Under the pieces are notes generated by a model that saw only the letters and a program-made list of their open reading frames with translations, made no database searches and was not told the origin of the DNA. This document shows, in pieces, positions 50,343-63,857 of a stretch of DNA of 64,000 nucleotides (positions are counted from its first letter, which is position 1; each line of letters starts with the position of its first letter). The translations under genes were made by a program, and so were the position numbers. This DNA is from Callorhinchus milii (taxonomy: Eukaryota), in contig NW_024704743.1 of the NCBI RefSeq assembly GCF_018977255.1, positions 37,078,001-37,142,000 on the forward strand, read 5' to 3'.

Positions 50343-50456
50343 AGTGACACAGCAGGGACTAGAGAGAGAGCAGTGGGACACAGCGAGGATTAGTGAGAGA
50401 GCAGTGTGACACAGCAGGAATTAATGAGGTTAGAGCAGTGGGACACAGCAGGGATG
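50343..50456. repeat. Minisatellite, about 31-34 bp unit (gagcagtgggacacagcagggatta..), 3-4 copies
   Basis: Direct inspection. Confidence 0.75.
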
Positions 50457-50654
50457 CCTGAGCAGGGCTGGATTAAAGGATCTGAAGGACCTGAGACAGA
50501 TCACGTTTGGGGGCTCTTTCTACTACGCATGCAACCGGGGGAAGCCATGCGCCATTAGTGGATCAGCTTCCTGTCACTCTCCGCATTGCCTCTCACAAGG
50601 TTGTACAATGCAGTTCGGAGAGCGAACGGAAAAGATGCAGAGCACGAGCTACAA

Positions 50655-51160
50655 ATCTTGCATTTGATATAGTGCTTTTCACGTCTTCTAGACATTTCAA
50701 AGCGCTTCACAGAATAGACTGTAAAGTGAATTGACTGTAAAACGCGGCAGCCAATTGTGCACAGCAGTGACCCACAAACATTCATGGATTGAAATGACAA
50801 ATTTAATATTGTTATTTTTCTTGAGGGATTATCAGGCGTGTGGAGTAAGGAAACGTGCCCTGCTGGGAATCGAACCTACGTCTCTCACTCTGAGGCGAAT
50901 GCTCTAACCACTGAGCTAGAGGACTCCACGTCATGAAGTATGAGGGGGATAATTACAATAATAATCCTTGCATTTGATATAACGCCTTATCACATGTTTG
51001 AGACGTCTCAAAGTGCTTCACAGGATATACTTTAGAGTGACTGTGTATTTTGTGGATGAAACGCAGCAGCCAATTGCACACAGCAATGTCCCACAAACAA
51101 CCATGGAGTGAGTGAAGTGACCAATTTGTTATTTTGGGGGATTGTTGGCCAGGACACCTC
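50655..51160 (-). mobile_element. Two adjacent SINEs (short-subfamily copy 50655-50930 and a 3' half 50950-51160)
   Basis: Shared SINE body and tRNA head. Confidence 0.75.
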
Positions 51161-54106
51161 CCTCAGGGAGTGAGATCACCACTCCCCCAGAGAAGGAGGG
51201 GGAAATAGCCTACCACACCCTCAGGGAAGAAGGAGGCTGTGGAGCAGCTGCCCTCTTCCCCAGTGAAGGATATATGGAGCACATGGCGCAGTGGGACATC
51301 TGAAGACCCAGTTGCCCCAGCCTGTGCTTTCTCACTGATCAGCAGATAGCTCCACTGTGGGTAACTTGGAAGCAGGGCCCCAGTAGGCCTATTGCCCGGG
51401 GTGGTTAGTTTTCAGAGACGAGGGAATTTATAAATAAAACTGTGAGGTTAGACTTCATATAATTTTTTTAAAAATCCATAAATATTGAAACTGACAGAAA
51501 TAAATGAGGTGACTGGTCAGTTTGGTGATTTATTTCTTGTCATTATTTTTGCATCACTTGACTTTACATCTGTGAACACGACTGCCACCAATTGGAGAGG
51601 ATAGCACATTACAGGTATGGATAAGGATGCTGCCCTCAACCATAATAATAATAAGAATCCTTACATTTGATATAGCGCTTTATCACATTGTTGAGATGTC
51701 TCAAAGTGCTTCAGAGAGTATAGAGTAAAGTGAATTGACTGTACGTTTTGTGGGCAAAATATTCCCTCCTCAGGGAGTAAAGGGGCAACAGACTGTATAA
51801 TGTTGACTGCATATTTTGTGGGTGATCAGTTTCTAATTGGGGATCAGTGGAGTGATCAGGAGCAGTAAACCTGGCTGGTATTTCCCATCCCTAACCCAGA
51901 AAGTGCTGCTGAAGCCAATTGCAAATGATCTTTTTTTTCCAGATCTTTTTATATTTAAAAGTTTAAATTTAAAGGGTCCTTACTTTATCTTGGCTAAAAG
52001 TCATCTTTTCGTGCTACCAAATGAGAGGTTCCTTCTTCCATTCGTTATTCAATGAATCCCGCTGGAATTGCACCTAATGTGTGCTGGGCGAGGACAGGTC
52101 ATGTACATCTGTGATGCCACCCAAGGTCAGAAATTTTGCTGGCACTCACCGTCTAGGCTCACATTGCCAGTATTCAGTAATGCCACTCATTAATAATAAT
52201 GACAATCCTTGCATTTGATATAACGCAGTATCACATTGTTGCCTTATCACATTCGGCCCGTTTTATCTCTCCTCCAGAACATTCATCCTATTATCCTCTC
52301 ATCACAGTAACAAGCTGTTTTTTAAATGAGTCCAGAGACCTGGGCTCAACCATCCTTCCTGGTAATTTGTTCCAGTTGTCAATTATCCTCTGGCTAAAGA
52401 ACAACTTCTTGGTGTCTGTCCTTTGCAACCGTAAACCTGAATCCTCAATAGATCTTTTCCAAGGGGTAATAATCCCTTAAAAAAATAATGATTTGGTCAC
52501 TCAATCCACGACTGTTTGTGGAATGCTGTTGTGCACAATTGGCTGCCATGTTTCGCCCACAAATTATACAATCACTTCACTTTACATCCTGTGAACATTT
52601 TGAAATGTCTGGAAGACATGATAAAGTGCTATATCAAATGCAAGTATTATTATTATTATTATCATTATTATCCTCTTGTTCTGCTGTCTCAGCACATCTG
52701 AAAGCAGTGTTCTGGGTTTACTTTCTCAATCCCATTTGAAATCTTATATTTCTCTATAATGTCCCCTCTAAAACACTTGTTTTCCAAACTTGGCTTATCT
52801 ATTCATTGAGAGTCCATTTCTCTAATGCTGGGATCATCCTTGTTGGATCTGAATTCAACTGATTTGGCAATATTAGCAACAGTGTCCTTCCTGTTGGCTT
52901 TGTTGCCTTTTTATTGCTACCTCACACTGTTTTGACTTGGCAAGTGATTAATCAACTGATACCCCCAGGGCTCCATCAGCAATTTCTATCCCATTCATGT
53001 ATCCCACCCATCTCCTATTTTTATTTCCCATGTGTAGTACCTTGCATTTATCTGTATTGAACTCAATTTGCCAGTCATCAGCCTATGTACATCCCCTCTA
53101 TTTATCAAACCTTCCCTTCCTCCTCTAATTTCACTGTTCCTCTCAACGTGGTATCATCTGCAAATGTAAACATATGAGGCACGCATTTTTGGTTATGTCT
53201 CTGAATTGTTAAAAATTAACAAGTATAAAGGATGAACAAGCTTAGATTATTTTAATACATTGGATTGTTTTAATACCAGGCGCCATCAAATGTCCCAAAG
53301 TGCTTCACAAATGATTGCTGTCAAGTAAAGTGACTGTGTTTTGCATATAATAATTCTTATTGTAAACCATTCACAGACTATCTCCCAATTAACCTGCTCT
53401 GAGGGTACCAGCAGTGCCTCTCTGTTGTGGAGAATGTCCTTCTCAAATCCAACACCTTCCCATGTTGGCCAAAGCCCCATGAATACTGGGGAGAGGAAAA
53501 CAAGTAAAGACTCGTGTGGCGTATAAGCACCAGCCTGGATTGGTTAGGCTGAGTGGCCTGTTTTGTGCTGTATGTTCTTTGTAATCTTTGTAAATCTTCC
53601 CATTGATTTGAACAGCACTGTATTCAGTTTTAGGCTATTCGCATTGACAGAAAATCACATGGGATGGAAACACTCAGCTCACAGACCGGCCTCATTGTAC
53701 TGTCTGCTCTGGTACTGACACCCTCAAGCTGTTCCCAGTTAGGAAGCATTGATTATGTTATATAAAGGTGTTTACTGGATTGAAACTTGAATCTCTTAAC
53801 TGGAATGACACTTGACTCTGAAGACCATGGACAGTCCAGTACACGGTCAAAATGTACAACAGTAGGTTATAACTTATAAGGTTCTACTCCACTCTGGAAG
53901 CTAAGTGGTGGGGGGGTGAACAACAACAACTTGTACTTATGTAGTGCCCTCCACACCGGACGGCGTCTCAGAGCACTTAACAATGGTGAAGCCCAAGGAC
54001 GGTTGATTGAACGGTTTGATTGATCAAGCGATCTGGAACGCTACACTTCGTGAGGGTCACTATATAAATGTAAGTTGTTCTTATTGCTGATTTGTCTGTG
54101 GGCTAT

Positions 54107-54233
54107 TCTGTGTGTGAGTGTGAGTGTGTGCAATGTGTGTGTGTGTGCGCGCGCGCAGTGTGTGTGTGTAGGTGTGTGTGTGCATGTGCATGTGTTTGCG
54201 TGCGTACATGTGTGTATGACCTTGTATGTGTGT
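54107..54233. repeat. Imperfect (TG)n microsatellite
   Basis: Direct inspection. Confidence 0.9.
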
Positions 54234-54691
54234 CTGAGTCTTCCAAATATTGCAGCTGCTCTCTGGGAAACATAGAATCAGTTTCCAGGCTTGTTTCAGG
54301 AGCTGAACAAGACAAAATGTGATCTTGCAATGTAGCTCATTTAATTAAGTGTTGTTAGTCGACCTAGAACATCTTAGTACAGAATGTTACCAGACTAACC
54401 CTCATTTCATTTATATTTATGTGTTTGTAAAATAATCAATCCCAGGCATAATTAATGCTCAGTCAGGAGGCTGCTCTTCATGTAGCAACTTGCTCGACAT
54501 TCCCTGATAACTCAACAAATATGTTTTTTTTAAACTGACATTTGTATAGTGCCTTACCACGTTGAAAAGTCCCAAATTTGCTCAAAATATGTAGTGACTG
54601 GTATTATTGGTAACCTGCATCAGCCAATTTGTGCATTGTAAAACCTCACAAACAGCTATAAGGTGAATGAGCAATTTATCTAGGGGATTGT

Positions 54692-55815
54692 TATAATATA
54701 TTCCTTGCGTTTGATATAGCACCTTATCACGTCTTTGAGACATCTCAAAGCGCTTCACAGAATATACTGTAAAGTGAATTGCCTGTATATTTGGTGGGCG
54801 AAACACGGCAGCCAATTGCGCACAGCAGTGTCCCACAAACAGTCATGGATTGAGTAATCTATATTATTATTTTTTGTAGGAATTATTACCCCCAGAAAAG
54901 CAATCCGGTTCCTGACTAACAACCGGGTTCCCACTTACTGCTAGGTAAACAGAGGCATGTGGAGTAAAGAAACTTACGCCCTGCCCAACGTTTCACCCTG
55001 CCAAGTCTCTCACTTGCAAGGTGAGTGCTCAAACCACTGAGCTACAGGACTCCTGTAGCTTGTTGGCCAGGACACTGAGAGAAACTCCTGTCTCTTTCCA
55101 AAATAGTTTCATGAGATCCTTAACAACAACAACAACAAATTTACATTTGTATAGCGCCTTTCATGTCGGGAGGACATTCCAAGGCACTGGACAGTCAGTG
55201 TTTCAGATCTGAGCTGGGGGTCGGGATTGGGGAGAGCAGGTGGGAAGGAGGGTAATCGAAGGCATGGTCAAAGAGGAAGGTTTTGAGATGGGTCTTGAAG
55301 GAGGCAAGGGAGAGGGTGAGGCGGAGGGACTGCAGGATGGAGTTCCAGAGGGTGGGGCACAGTGGCTGAAGGCTTGCCCGCCAATGGTGGGGCGGGCGAG
55401 GCGGGGTACATGAAGCAGGCTGAGCTGAGGGATTGGGCAGGTAACATTTAATCCTTAACATTTGATATCGCACCTTATCACGTTGTTAAGACATCTCAAA
55501 GCACTTCACAGAATATACGATAATGTAAATTGACTGTATGTTTTTGTGGGTGAAACGCGGCAGCCAATTGCGCACAGCAGTGCCCCACAAACAGTTGTGG
55601 ATTGAGTGACCAAATTTTTGTTTTTTTATTATTTTGTTGAAGGGATTATTACCCCCAGAAAACAATCCGCCAATCGGCTAACAACCGGGTTCCTGCTACG
55701 TAAACAGGTGTGTGGAGTAAAGAACTTGCCTTAGGTTTCGCCCTGCCCAAGAATCGAACCCAGATCTCTCACCTGTGAGACGAGTGCCCTGACCAATACA
55801 CTACAGGACACCACA
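54692..55815 (-). mobile_element. Cluster: SINE 54692-55053, L2 3' end 55121-55440, SINE 55448-55815
   Basis: Long-subfamily SINE motifs and an L2 (CAA)n tail. Confidence 0.8.
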
Positions 55816-56517
55816 CACACTACACATAAACTAAATTACATTCCTTATCATATATTTACCCCGCTCGGAATGAATCAGAACAAATTCAGGGCCCTTAATG
55901 GAAGTCTGCTCCATTCACTCACTGAAAACCTTATTTTTCGACCGTGCTTATGGTCCCTTCCCCAACCCCCCCCCACCGGCTCGGAATCAGGCTCCCACTG
56001 TTAAGAGCTCTGAGATGATACCCTGCATGGAGGGCGCTAAATAAGTGCAAGTTATTGTTGTTGCTCTGGGAATTGAACACATTTATTCACACACTTTTAA
56101 TCCAAAATACAATCGTTATTGCCCTTTGGTCAGAATCACATACACTAGACACTCAATCCAGAAACACCAGTATTCCCTAGAAATTGGACATTTTCCAAAA
56201 AGGGGAAAAGGAGTTTTTTTTTAAAAAAAAACTCTCTAAACTAGTCCTTTTATTTGTCATGGCTAATGTTGGTTGTGGTTGTGTAAGAGGATGTTTGGCA
56301 ACATTACAAACAATGCAAGGGGTTTCTGTGAACCGTCATTAGACAATGATGCTTTTCCTTTACATGAGGAAACAGATTGTCAAGCCTGATATTCATTTGT
56401 TGTTCTGGTTTTACAATCAGGAAATAACCAAAACTTCCGGCAAATCACATTACTTGTCACAACAGCAACACACGTGGATACTTCTTTAATTCACCCCCAT
56501 TGCCTGAGAATGTTTTT

Positions 56518-56822
56518 GGAGTCCTGGAGCTCAGTGGTTAGAGCACTCGCCTCGCAAACGAGAGACCTGGATTCAATTTCCGGCTGGGCGATACCTTGGG
56601 CAAGTTTCCTTACTCCACACACCCGGTAATAATCCGTCAAGAAAAAAAACAATAGTAAATTGGTCACTTCAATCCACGATTGGGACACTCCTGTGCGCAA
56701 TTGGCTGCCACATGTTGCCCACAAATATACAGACAATTCACTTTACAGTATATTCTGTGAAGCGTTTTGAGACATCTAGAAGACTTGAAAAGTGCTGTAT
56801 CAAACGAAAAGATTATTATTAT
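56518..56822 (+). mobile_element. tRNA SINE with the central deletion
   Basis: Head ggagtcctggagctcagtggttagagc; actccacacacccgg/taataatcc junction. Confidence 0.8.
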
Positions 56823-57504
56823 GTGTCTGATACAGCCAGTGGCTGGATTAATAGGAAGTACAGATTAACAGGTTAGTGTGACATCTCTTTTTCACCAGTG
56901 TGTAGAGTGCCATTATAAGCCTCAGCTAATGGCTTTTATACAAGCCATTATGCGGGCTCCTTTGCTTTTATATAATAAGGTGTTATTGATCCATTTTGCT
57001 TTGACCTTTTTTTCCGGTTATTTTTGCACTTACCTCGATGAGTAATGTTATTGTGTGAATTCTGGGCACCCTGTGTCAGTATCAAGAACAGGATTCCAAA
57101 TTGAGCTTGATTTTAAGAATGCTCCACAATTTTGTACGATCTGAAATTTTAAGACTTATAGGCTAAGACTAGGTGAAATTTAACTAATCGAGGGGGACGG
57201 CGGTGGTGGGGGTGGCTGGGGGGTGGGGGGGTGAGGAGTGCAGTTCCCTGGAGATTTGATGTAGAAGTGGTAGAGAGATTTGTTGAAAAAATGAAATTGG
57301 CTTTAAAATCTCTGCCAGTAGCAATCTTACTGTTATATGTGTAAAAGTAGATGAATACAACTTTTTCCTGGTATAACAGGGAATATTTTTGTTCTTTATT
57401 TTAACAAATGGCCGTCTTTGGGTGTGGATAGCCTCCTTTGGACACAAGAGAGTGGTGTGGTGTTAGATACAGACTACATACTACACAGCGCCATTGGTGC
57501 TGCA

Positions 57505-58506
57505 CAATAATTATAATAATCGTTGCATTTGATATCACGTTGTTGAGACGACTCAAGATGCTTCACAGAATATAATGTAAAGTGAATTGACTATATATTT
57601 TGTGAGTAAAACGCGGCAGCCAATTGCACGCAGCCGTGTCCTACAAACAGTCGCGGATTGAGTGACCGCATGTTTTTAAGGGATTATTACCCCCGGAAAC
57701 TGATCCACCAAATGACTAATAACTGAGTTCCTACTTACTGCAAAGCAAATAAAGGCATGTGGAGTAAGGAAACAACAACAACAAAATTACATTTGTATAG
57801 CACCTTTCACGTCGGGAGGAAGTTCCAAGGCGCTGGACAATCATTGTTTCAGACCTGAACTGGGGGTCGGGATCAGGGAGGGTGGAGAGCAGGGGGGGAA
57901 GGAGGGTGATCGAAAGCACAGTTGAAGAGAAGTGTGCATCCATGGATGGTGATGCTGACTGGAGCCAATTAGGAGAGCCTCGGTCTTGTTGATGTTCAAC
58001 TGAAGAAAGTTAGCTCTCATCCAGGACTTGATGTCTGACAGACATTCTGTCAGGACAGCAGTGATCCTGGAGTCAAGGGTGGAGGCAGAGAGATAGAGTT
58101 GGGTGTCATCCACATACATGTGGAAGTTGGCCCCATGTCTGGAGAGGCAGTGGATGAGGATAGAATGATCAACAGTATTGAAGGCAGCAGAGAGGTCAAG
58201 GAGGACAAGGAGGCAAAGGGAGCCCTGGTCACAGATGGACAAAATATCATTCGTCACTTTGACCAAAGCTGTTTCTGTGCTGTGGTCGGCACAGAAGCTT
58301 GATTGGAGGCAGTTGTGAAGGGAGTGGTGGGAGAGGAAGGAGCGAAGCTGGGAAGCAACAACTTGTTCCAGGACCTTGGAAAGGAAAAGGAGGTTGGAAA
58401 TGGGATGGTTGGAAACTTGGCGAAGGTTTCACCCTGCCCGAGAGTTGAACCCAGGGCTTCTCGTTTGCAAGGCGAGTGCTCTCACCAATAAGCTACAAGA
58501 CTCCAC
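57505..58506 (-). mobile_element. Long SINE split by an internally deleted L2 (57774-58410) with a ggaaac target duplication
   Basis: ggaaac at 57768-57773 and 58411-58416. The L2 encodes LLDLSAAFNTVDH..MYVDDTQLY..NFLQLNINKTE. Confidence 0.88.
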
Positions 58507-59509
58507 ATATGCTACAGGACACCATAATAGGTCAGTGCCATCTCTGATCGGCTTACAATGAGATCTGCTCCATTGAGGAAGCTTCTGCGGAGTGAAAGAG
58601 CGGGCGTTCTAGAACTTGGTTGCTGGAAAATAAAAGGTGCTAATGGGTGTATGACAACATGGACCAGAATTTTGACTTTGTCATTATCATCTTGAATGTC
58701 AATTTGCGGGCAAGTCAGCACAGAGTAATAAGTAGCAGCATCTGCAGTATTTTGTGTTTTATTTTTGTAATAAGTAGGAGGCTGTTATGGAACTGTTGAG
58801 CTGTAGAGTACAGTATTCATTCCAAACTCTTGTTAATTATACACAAATAATGCATCAAATGCAAATGTAAGGATTATAGGTTGGAATATTGGTGATGTTG
58901 AGTTCATTTGTACCCCAAATATTATACACATAAAATCTAGTTGAGATTCCTGGACTCAACGCAAGACAAAGTTTGGGGAGGGAGAAATTTCACCTGGGTT
59001 GAAATTTATTCTATAAATTAGTACCATAATTTATTCTATATTCTTAGATTTTCAGAATGCCCAGAATTCGGCAAATTGTTGAATTCAGCCTTATCTTCGA
59101 AGCTCCATAGTTCTTAAGAGAACTTACAGAAAACTAGATTCAAAAGTAATGATGCATTAAAGAAGATGCTCCAAAAGTCTAAGAAAAAAGAGTAAATCTC
59201 AATTTCAGGTGAAATTTCAGACCCTGTGTTATTGTTCAATATCTGATCATTCTCTTAACCAATCGCTTTATTTCATTGATATTACTACAGCCATCATTGC
59301 TCCTCTGAACATTTCTCCTTTGCTTAGGCAGCCAATATGCAATCTCTGACATTCTTCTTCCTCACAATATTTGTGAATGGGTTGTAATAGGAATAACAGG
59401 CATTATCTGTTACTCTAACTCAAGCTTTCCCAGGATCCCAAGACACTAGAATTCCTTCACCTCAACTAAATGTCTTGATTAATCTCACCTTCTCTCTTGC
59501 TCTTTTGAA

Positions 59510-61750
59510 CCTTGGTGACATGGGGTTATTGTCAGGTTGGAGCCGTAGGCACTATGAGTGATCATACCAAGGTACTCTGCGATGCAAGCGGTATTCCTGA
59601 CGATGAAGCTTGGGACCGATTCTGTGTGAGGGCTGATAGAGCGCAATCAACGATTGACGATGTAGCCAAGGACTTTGTTGCTGAGGGCATTAGGAAACTG
59701 AAGCTACAGCCTGCAAGACACTCATCCCTGAAGTAGGACTCTGTCGAGGTAACCAGAAAGGGAAGGAAACCTATTAGGCAAAGGCCTTTAAAGCAGTTTT
59801 GGAAGGTTCCTCAGAGCAAGCTAAAACAACAGCAAAAGCAACTTATGACCAAGCACGGCATGAAGCCAGGAAAGTTTTTAGAGAAATGAAGCGGGATCAA
59901 TGGGTCACTCCAAAAGGGAGTGGAAGCTACACAAGAACGCCAAGTCTTTCTTCTGTTGGCTAAAGTCTATTGTCAATCATGGACAGTCTGGGCTTGTGCC
60001 AGTGTTGGACAAGTCCAGTGTTCTACAACTGACCCATGAGGGTATCCACAGTTGACAACTGACCCAACAGCCCATAGCAGAGATCTATCTGCATGGAAGA
60101 TGGAACAACTGGCGGGGGGGCAGCGGGGAGGGGGGAAACCTTAACGACACAATTGGTTGGCAGGAGGTGGATTCCCCACTGGTGCGGACGGCCTCAATGC
60201 TAATTCCTAAAAGCTGCTCTGAGGAAGGAGATGGAGAATGGTGAGGATCTTAAGGTCCAAGCCAGGAACCCCCCCACTCGCCTTGGCACTGCCTTCCTAG
60301 TGCTGGGCAACAGGATTCTCTCTGAGTTATGCATTCTATCAGTGTTCCAGAGTGCAATTGTGGTTTCTATCCATAAGATGGGTGACCCAAGTGAGACCGA
60401 GAACTACAGAGGGATCTCGCTGATTTCAGTGGCTCTTAAAGTGGTGCTTTGTGTAGTCACTGCATGTGTGACGACACGACCACACTATACTACACTTGGA
60501 GGCTCGTGATTTGAACAGGAAGGAGTAGGCTGGCTTCCATTTTTGTGAAGAACATATGGGACAGGTTGTGGCTTTGTATGAAATTGTAGAACATCGTTAG
60601 TTTAAGGGAAAACTCACCTATGTTGAGTTCATTAACTTCCACACGCTTTCTACCTCGTGCCTCATGAGGCCCTCATCAACAACAAAATTACATTTATAGA
60701 GCGCCTTTCACGTCAGGAGGCTGTCCCAAGGCACTGGACAGTCAGGGGTCAGGACCCCTGATGATGAGACTGGAAGCCACGGGAGTAATGGCCAAATCTT
60801 GGAGTTTATCCGGAATGTATACTCCAGCTCCACGATTTGTGTAAGGGTTGACAGTGGACTCACTGAGCCCATCTCTCTTTAAAGGAGAGTAAGACAAAGC
60901 TGTCCCTTGTCACTTATCCTATTCGATGTGTTCATCAATGATGTATGTCATGGCATCAAGGGGGAAGGAGTTGGTGTATCTGTTCCAGGCTTCTTTGATA
61001 GGATTGCGGTGCTTCTTTTTGCGGACAATATTGTGCTGCTGACGGACTTACCTGGGGCCCTTCTGCATTGCACCCGCCACCTTCAAAACTGGGCCAACCA
61101 GTGGGACATGGTGGTAGGTGCCCCCAAGTACGGAATCATGGTTCTGCATGGCTCAAGAGAAGACACTGAGGGAATTGATTTGAAGATACAACTGTTAATT
61201 CCCAACTGTTAATTCTTATTGATATTCTTGGAGTCATGGTGGACACCAACTTTTGCTTGGACATTGTCCTGAAGGACCACACTAATAAGGGGCAAAGGGC
61301 ACTCTGCTAATCTCGCTTCAAGGACTTCAATGTCCCAATGCAAGGTCCCTGATTAGTTTGCAGAGAGGCAAGCAGTTCCTGCTTAAGCTCCATACCTCCA
61401 ACTCATGGAAGCATTGCTCAATGGGAAGGGATGTGTGTCTGAGCTGTGCACAGGAAGATGGTGTCAATGCTCTTACGCATTTCATGCAGAGCTGTGTTAC
61501 CAACCAAGAAGATTGCAGGGAATTCCTGTTATCTACCATCCATCTAGTGAGGGCTCAAACCCATGTTGTCGGATGTCAAATGACCAACTTGTGATTATCC
61601 TCCTCCAGTGGGGAGGTAAGCATTGTCTCCTTGGAGGTGAACGTGACGTGTTTGTCAATGTAATGTCAGAATCGAGCCGACCTTCTGTGGCGGTTTCGGT
61701 AGACCAGTTAAGGTGGAATGCATGGCATTCTGAAGCATGGTGATGGGTTT
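59510..61750 (+). mobile_element. Degenerate non-LTR retrotransposon ORF2 (RT and C-terminal Cys/His motif), not CR1- or L2-like
   Basis: Across frameshifts: HKMGDPSETENYRGISLI, AGF..LYEI, VPHEAL, VRQSCPLSLILFDVFIND, LLFADNIVLL, W..QWDM..K.GIM, CLSC..HFMQSC, LLGGE. Confidence 0.85.
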
Positions 61751-62944
61751 CTGCATGTGTCAGACACCTGGCTGACAAAAGCATTCCTCTGTAAATCTGG
61801 TCATTTACTTCATGGCTAGTGTACATTGCTGTGTGCAAATTGGCTGTCACATTTGCCCACAAAAATACAATCTCTACACTTCACAGTAAATCCTGTGAAG
61901 CGATTTAAGAGGTCCCCCTGATATGAAAGGCACTAAATCAAATTTAAGGATTATTATTAATATTGCAACGATTATTATTAATGTATTATTTAGCGTAGTG
62001 GTTAGCACGCTCGCCTCGCAAGCGAGAGGACCTGGGTTTGATTCCCTGGCATGGCAAAATGTTAGGCAGGTTTCCTTACTCCACAGGCCAGTTTACCTAG
62101 CAATATAACACATGGTGCAGCTATATCAAACACAAGGATTATTATTACACGTTTCGTAAACCAGAATAGAGAATTAGAGGGTACCAGTAGGAGGGCTTAA
62201 ACCCACAACATTTTGAATAAGAGATGTGAAAGAGCTCAGCTTTATAAAAGCAAGTTGTTATTGTTACTATTGACTGTAGAACTATTGTGCTTTTCCGCTG
62301 AACATTGTCAGAGAACTCCCACCCCACCCACTCTCCCGCACTGCTTCCCTCACCAGCCAGGCTTTGGAAATCTTCTGCTTTCAATGCCCTGAATACAGTT
62401 CATGGAAAGTGTACAAAAAATAAAATTATATTTGTATAGCGCCTTTCACGTCTGGAGGATGCCCCAATGCCCTGGGACGGATTGGGAGCAACAGAGTGTG
62501 GAGTGAGAGCTGTGAAATATGATGGCAGCAGCTGCACCCATTTATTTAATTGAGACAAACACGCTGACTTAGGAGGGATGGGGAGAGTTTTTCAGCAACA
62601 GCCTTTGTAATGGCTCTCTTTGTTAAATAGCTGGATCGAAGAAGCCAGCATTTCAGAGGCTTCTTGTCGCTGATGAAGGTATTTTGTTCCCTTGTGGCTG
62701 ATCACACTTGATTTGGTTACCCTGGAGACTGAGCCACAAAGAAAGCTTTACAGTAAGCCGTGCTTTACAACAGCGATTGCAGGGGCGCTTCGCTGAGCGG
62801 TGAGATTCATGTGTATTTTTTAACATGATTTTGCCCTCATGAATTTGGTCTCTATCCTCTTGCGCTGAAGGCAATGAATCCAGCTGGTGTACTGTGACAT
62901 GGTTGCTGACTACACTGTAGTACCTCACCATGAGAATCAAGAAT

Positions 62945-63425
62945 ACCAATCCTTACATTTGATATGTTGCCTTTCACATCAGGAGGACGTCTCAAAGCGC
63001 TTCACAAAATACACTTTAAAATCCTCCCGACGTGAAAGGCGCTATACAAATTGTATTTTGTAATTTTGTAAAGTGTAGTGACTGAGTATTTTGTGGGCAA
63101 ACCCGGCAGCCGATTTGAGCACAGCAATGTCCCGCAAACAACCATGGAGTGAGTGAGCAATTTTATTTTGGGGATTGTTGGCCAGGCGCTATGTTTTAAA
63201 TAGTGCCATGGCACCTTTATAACCCATCTGAACAGGGAGGCAGGTTTATTATCTGATCTGAAGGACAGCACTCACTCCCACAATGCAGCCCACCTCCACC
63301 CCACCCCACGTCGGTACCGAATTGAAGTTTCATCTTAGACTGTATGAGTTCAAAGTCCCCTCACAGGGCTAGAACCCACGACTTTCTGACTCAGAAGCGA
63401 GAGTGCCTCCAACGAGCCAGCCTGA
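62945..63425 (-). mobile_element. Deu-type tRNA SINE with nested L2-tail pieces
   Basis: Head (ctgactcagaagcgagagtgc..gagccag on +), Deu core remnants and tail. Confidence 0.65.
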
Positions 63426-63649
63426 CACAAAGAAGTCAGTGTAAGCCATTGGGTTGAGCTGTTCCAACACAAGACCAAAAACACATGACTACCTCCACTG
63501 CCAAAGGCAAGCCCATACTCTCTTTATAACATTCTCCAAGCTGTGGGGGTGGGGAAGGCTGGGTGGGGGTGGGGGAGTCCACTGCTTCAACTGCTGCTGG
63601 GGGTTATACAATTTAGTGAAGAGAAGTCCATGGAACCCACCCTTTTGAT

Positions 63650-63857
63650 GAAGGGAGTCTGTGGAAATCTTCTCAATTAGTGAGAGGGGCTTTGGAAACC
63701 TCTTCTAAAGCACCTTGTGACGTCCTCCCCACGTAAAAAGCACTACACAAATGTAATTTTGTATTGTATTAGTGGGGGAGTGGAAACCTCTTGCATTAGT
63801 GAGGAGGGGCTGTGGAAACCTCCTCTATTGGTGGTGGGGTGGCTGAATTAACCTCCT
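63650..63857. repeat. About 31 bp minisatellite (ttagtgagaggggctgtggaaacctc..) interrupted by an L2-type tail at about 63707-63770
   Basis: Repeated ggaaacctc units either side of gacgtcctccccacgtaaaaagcactacacaaatgtaattttgtattgta. Confidence 0.65.

Noticed and set aside
50343..50456. CRISPR-like repeat spacing (also 63650-63857)
   Set aside because: Degenerate tandem units without unique spacers, no cas genes, vertebrate context.
62653..62949. 98 aa minus-strand ORF in non-repeat sequence
   Set aside because: No recognisable homology or convincing exon structure.
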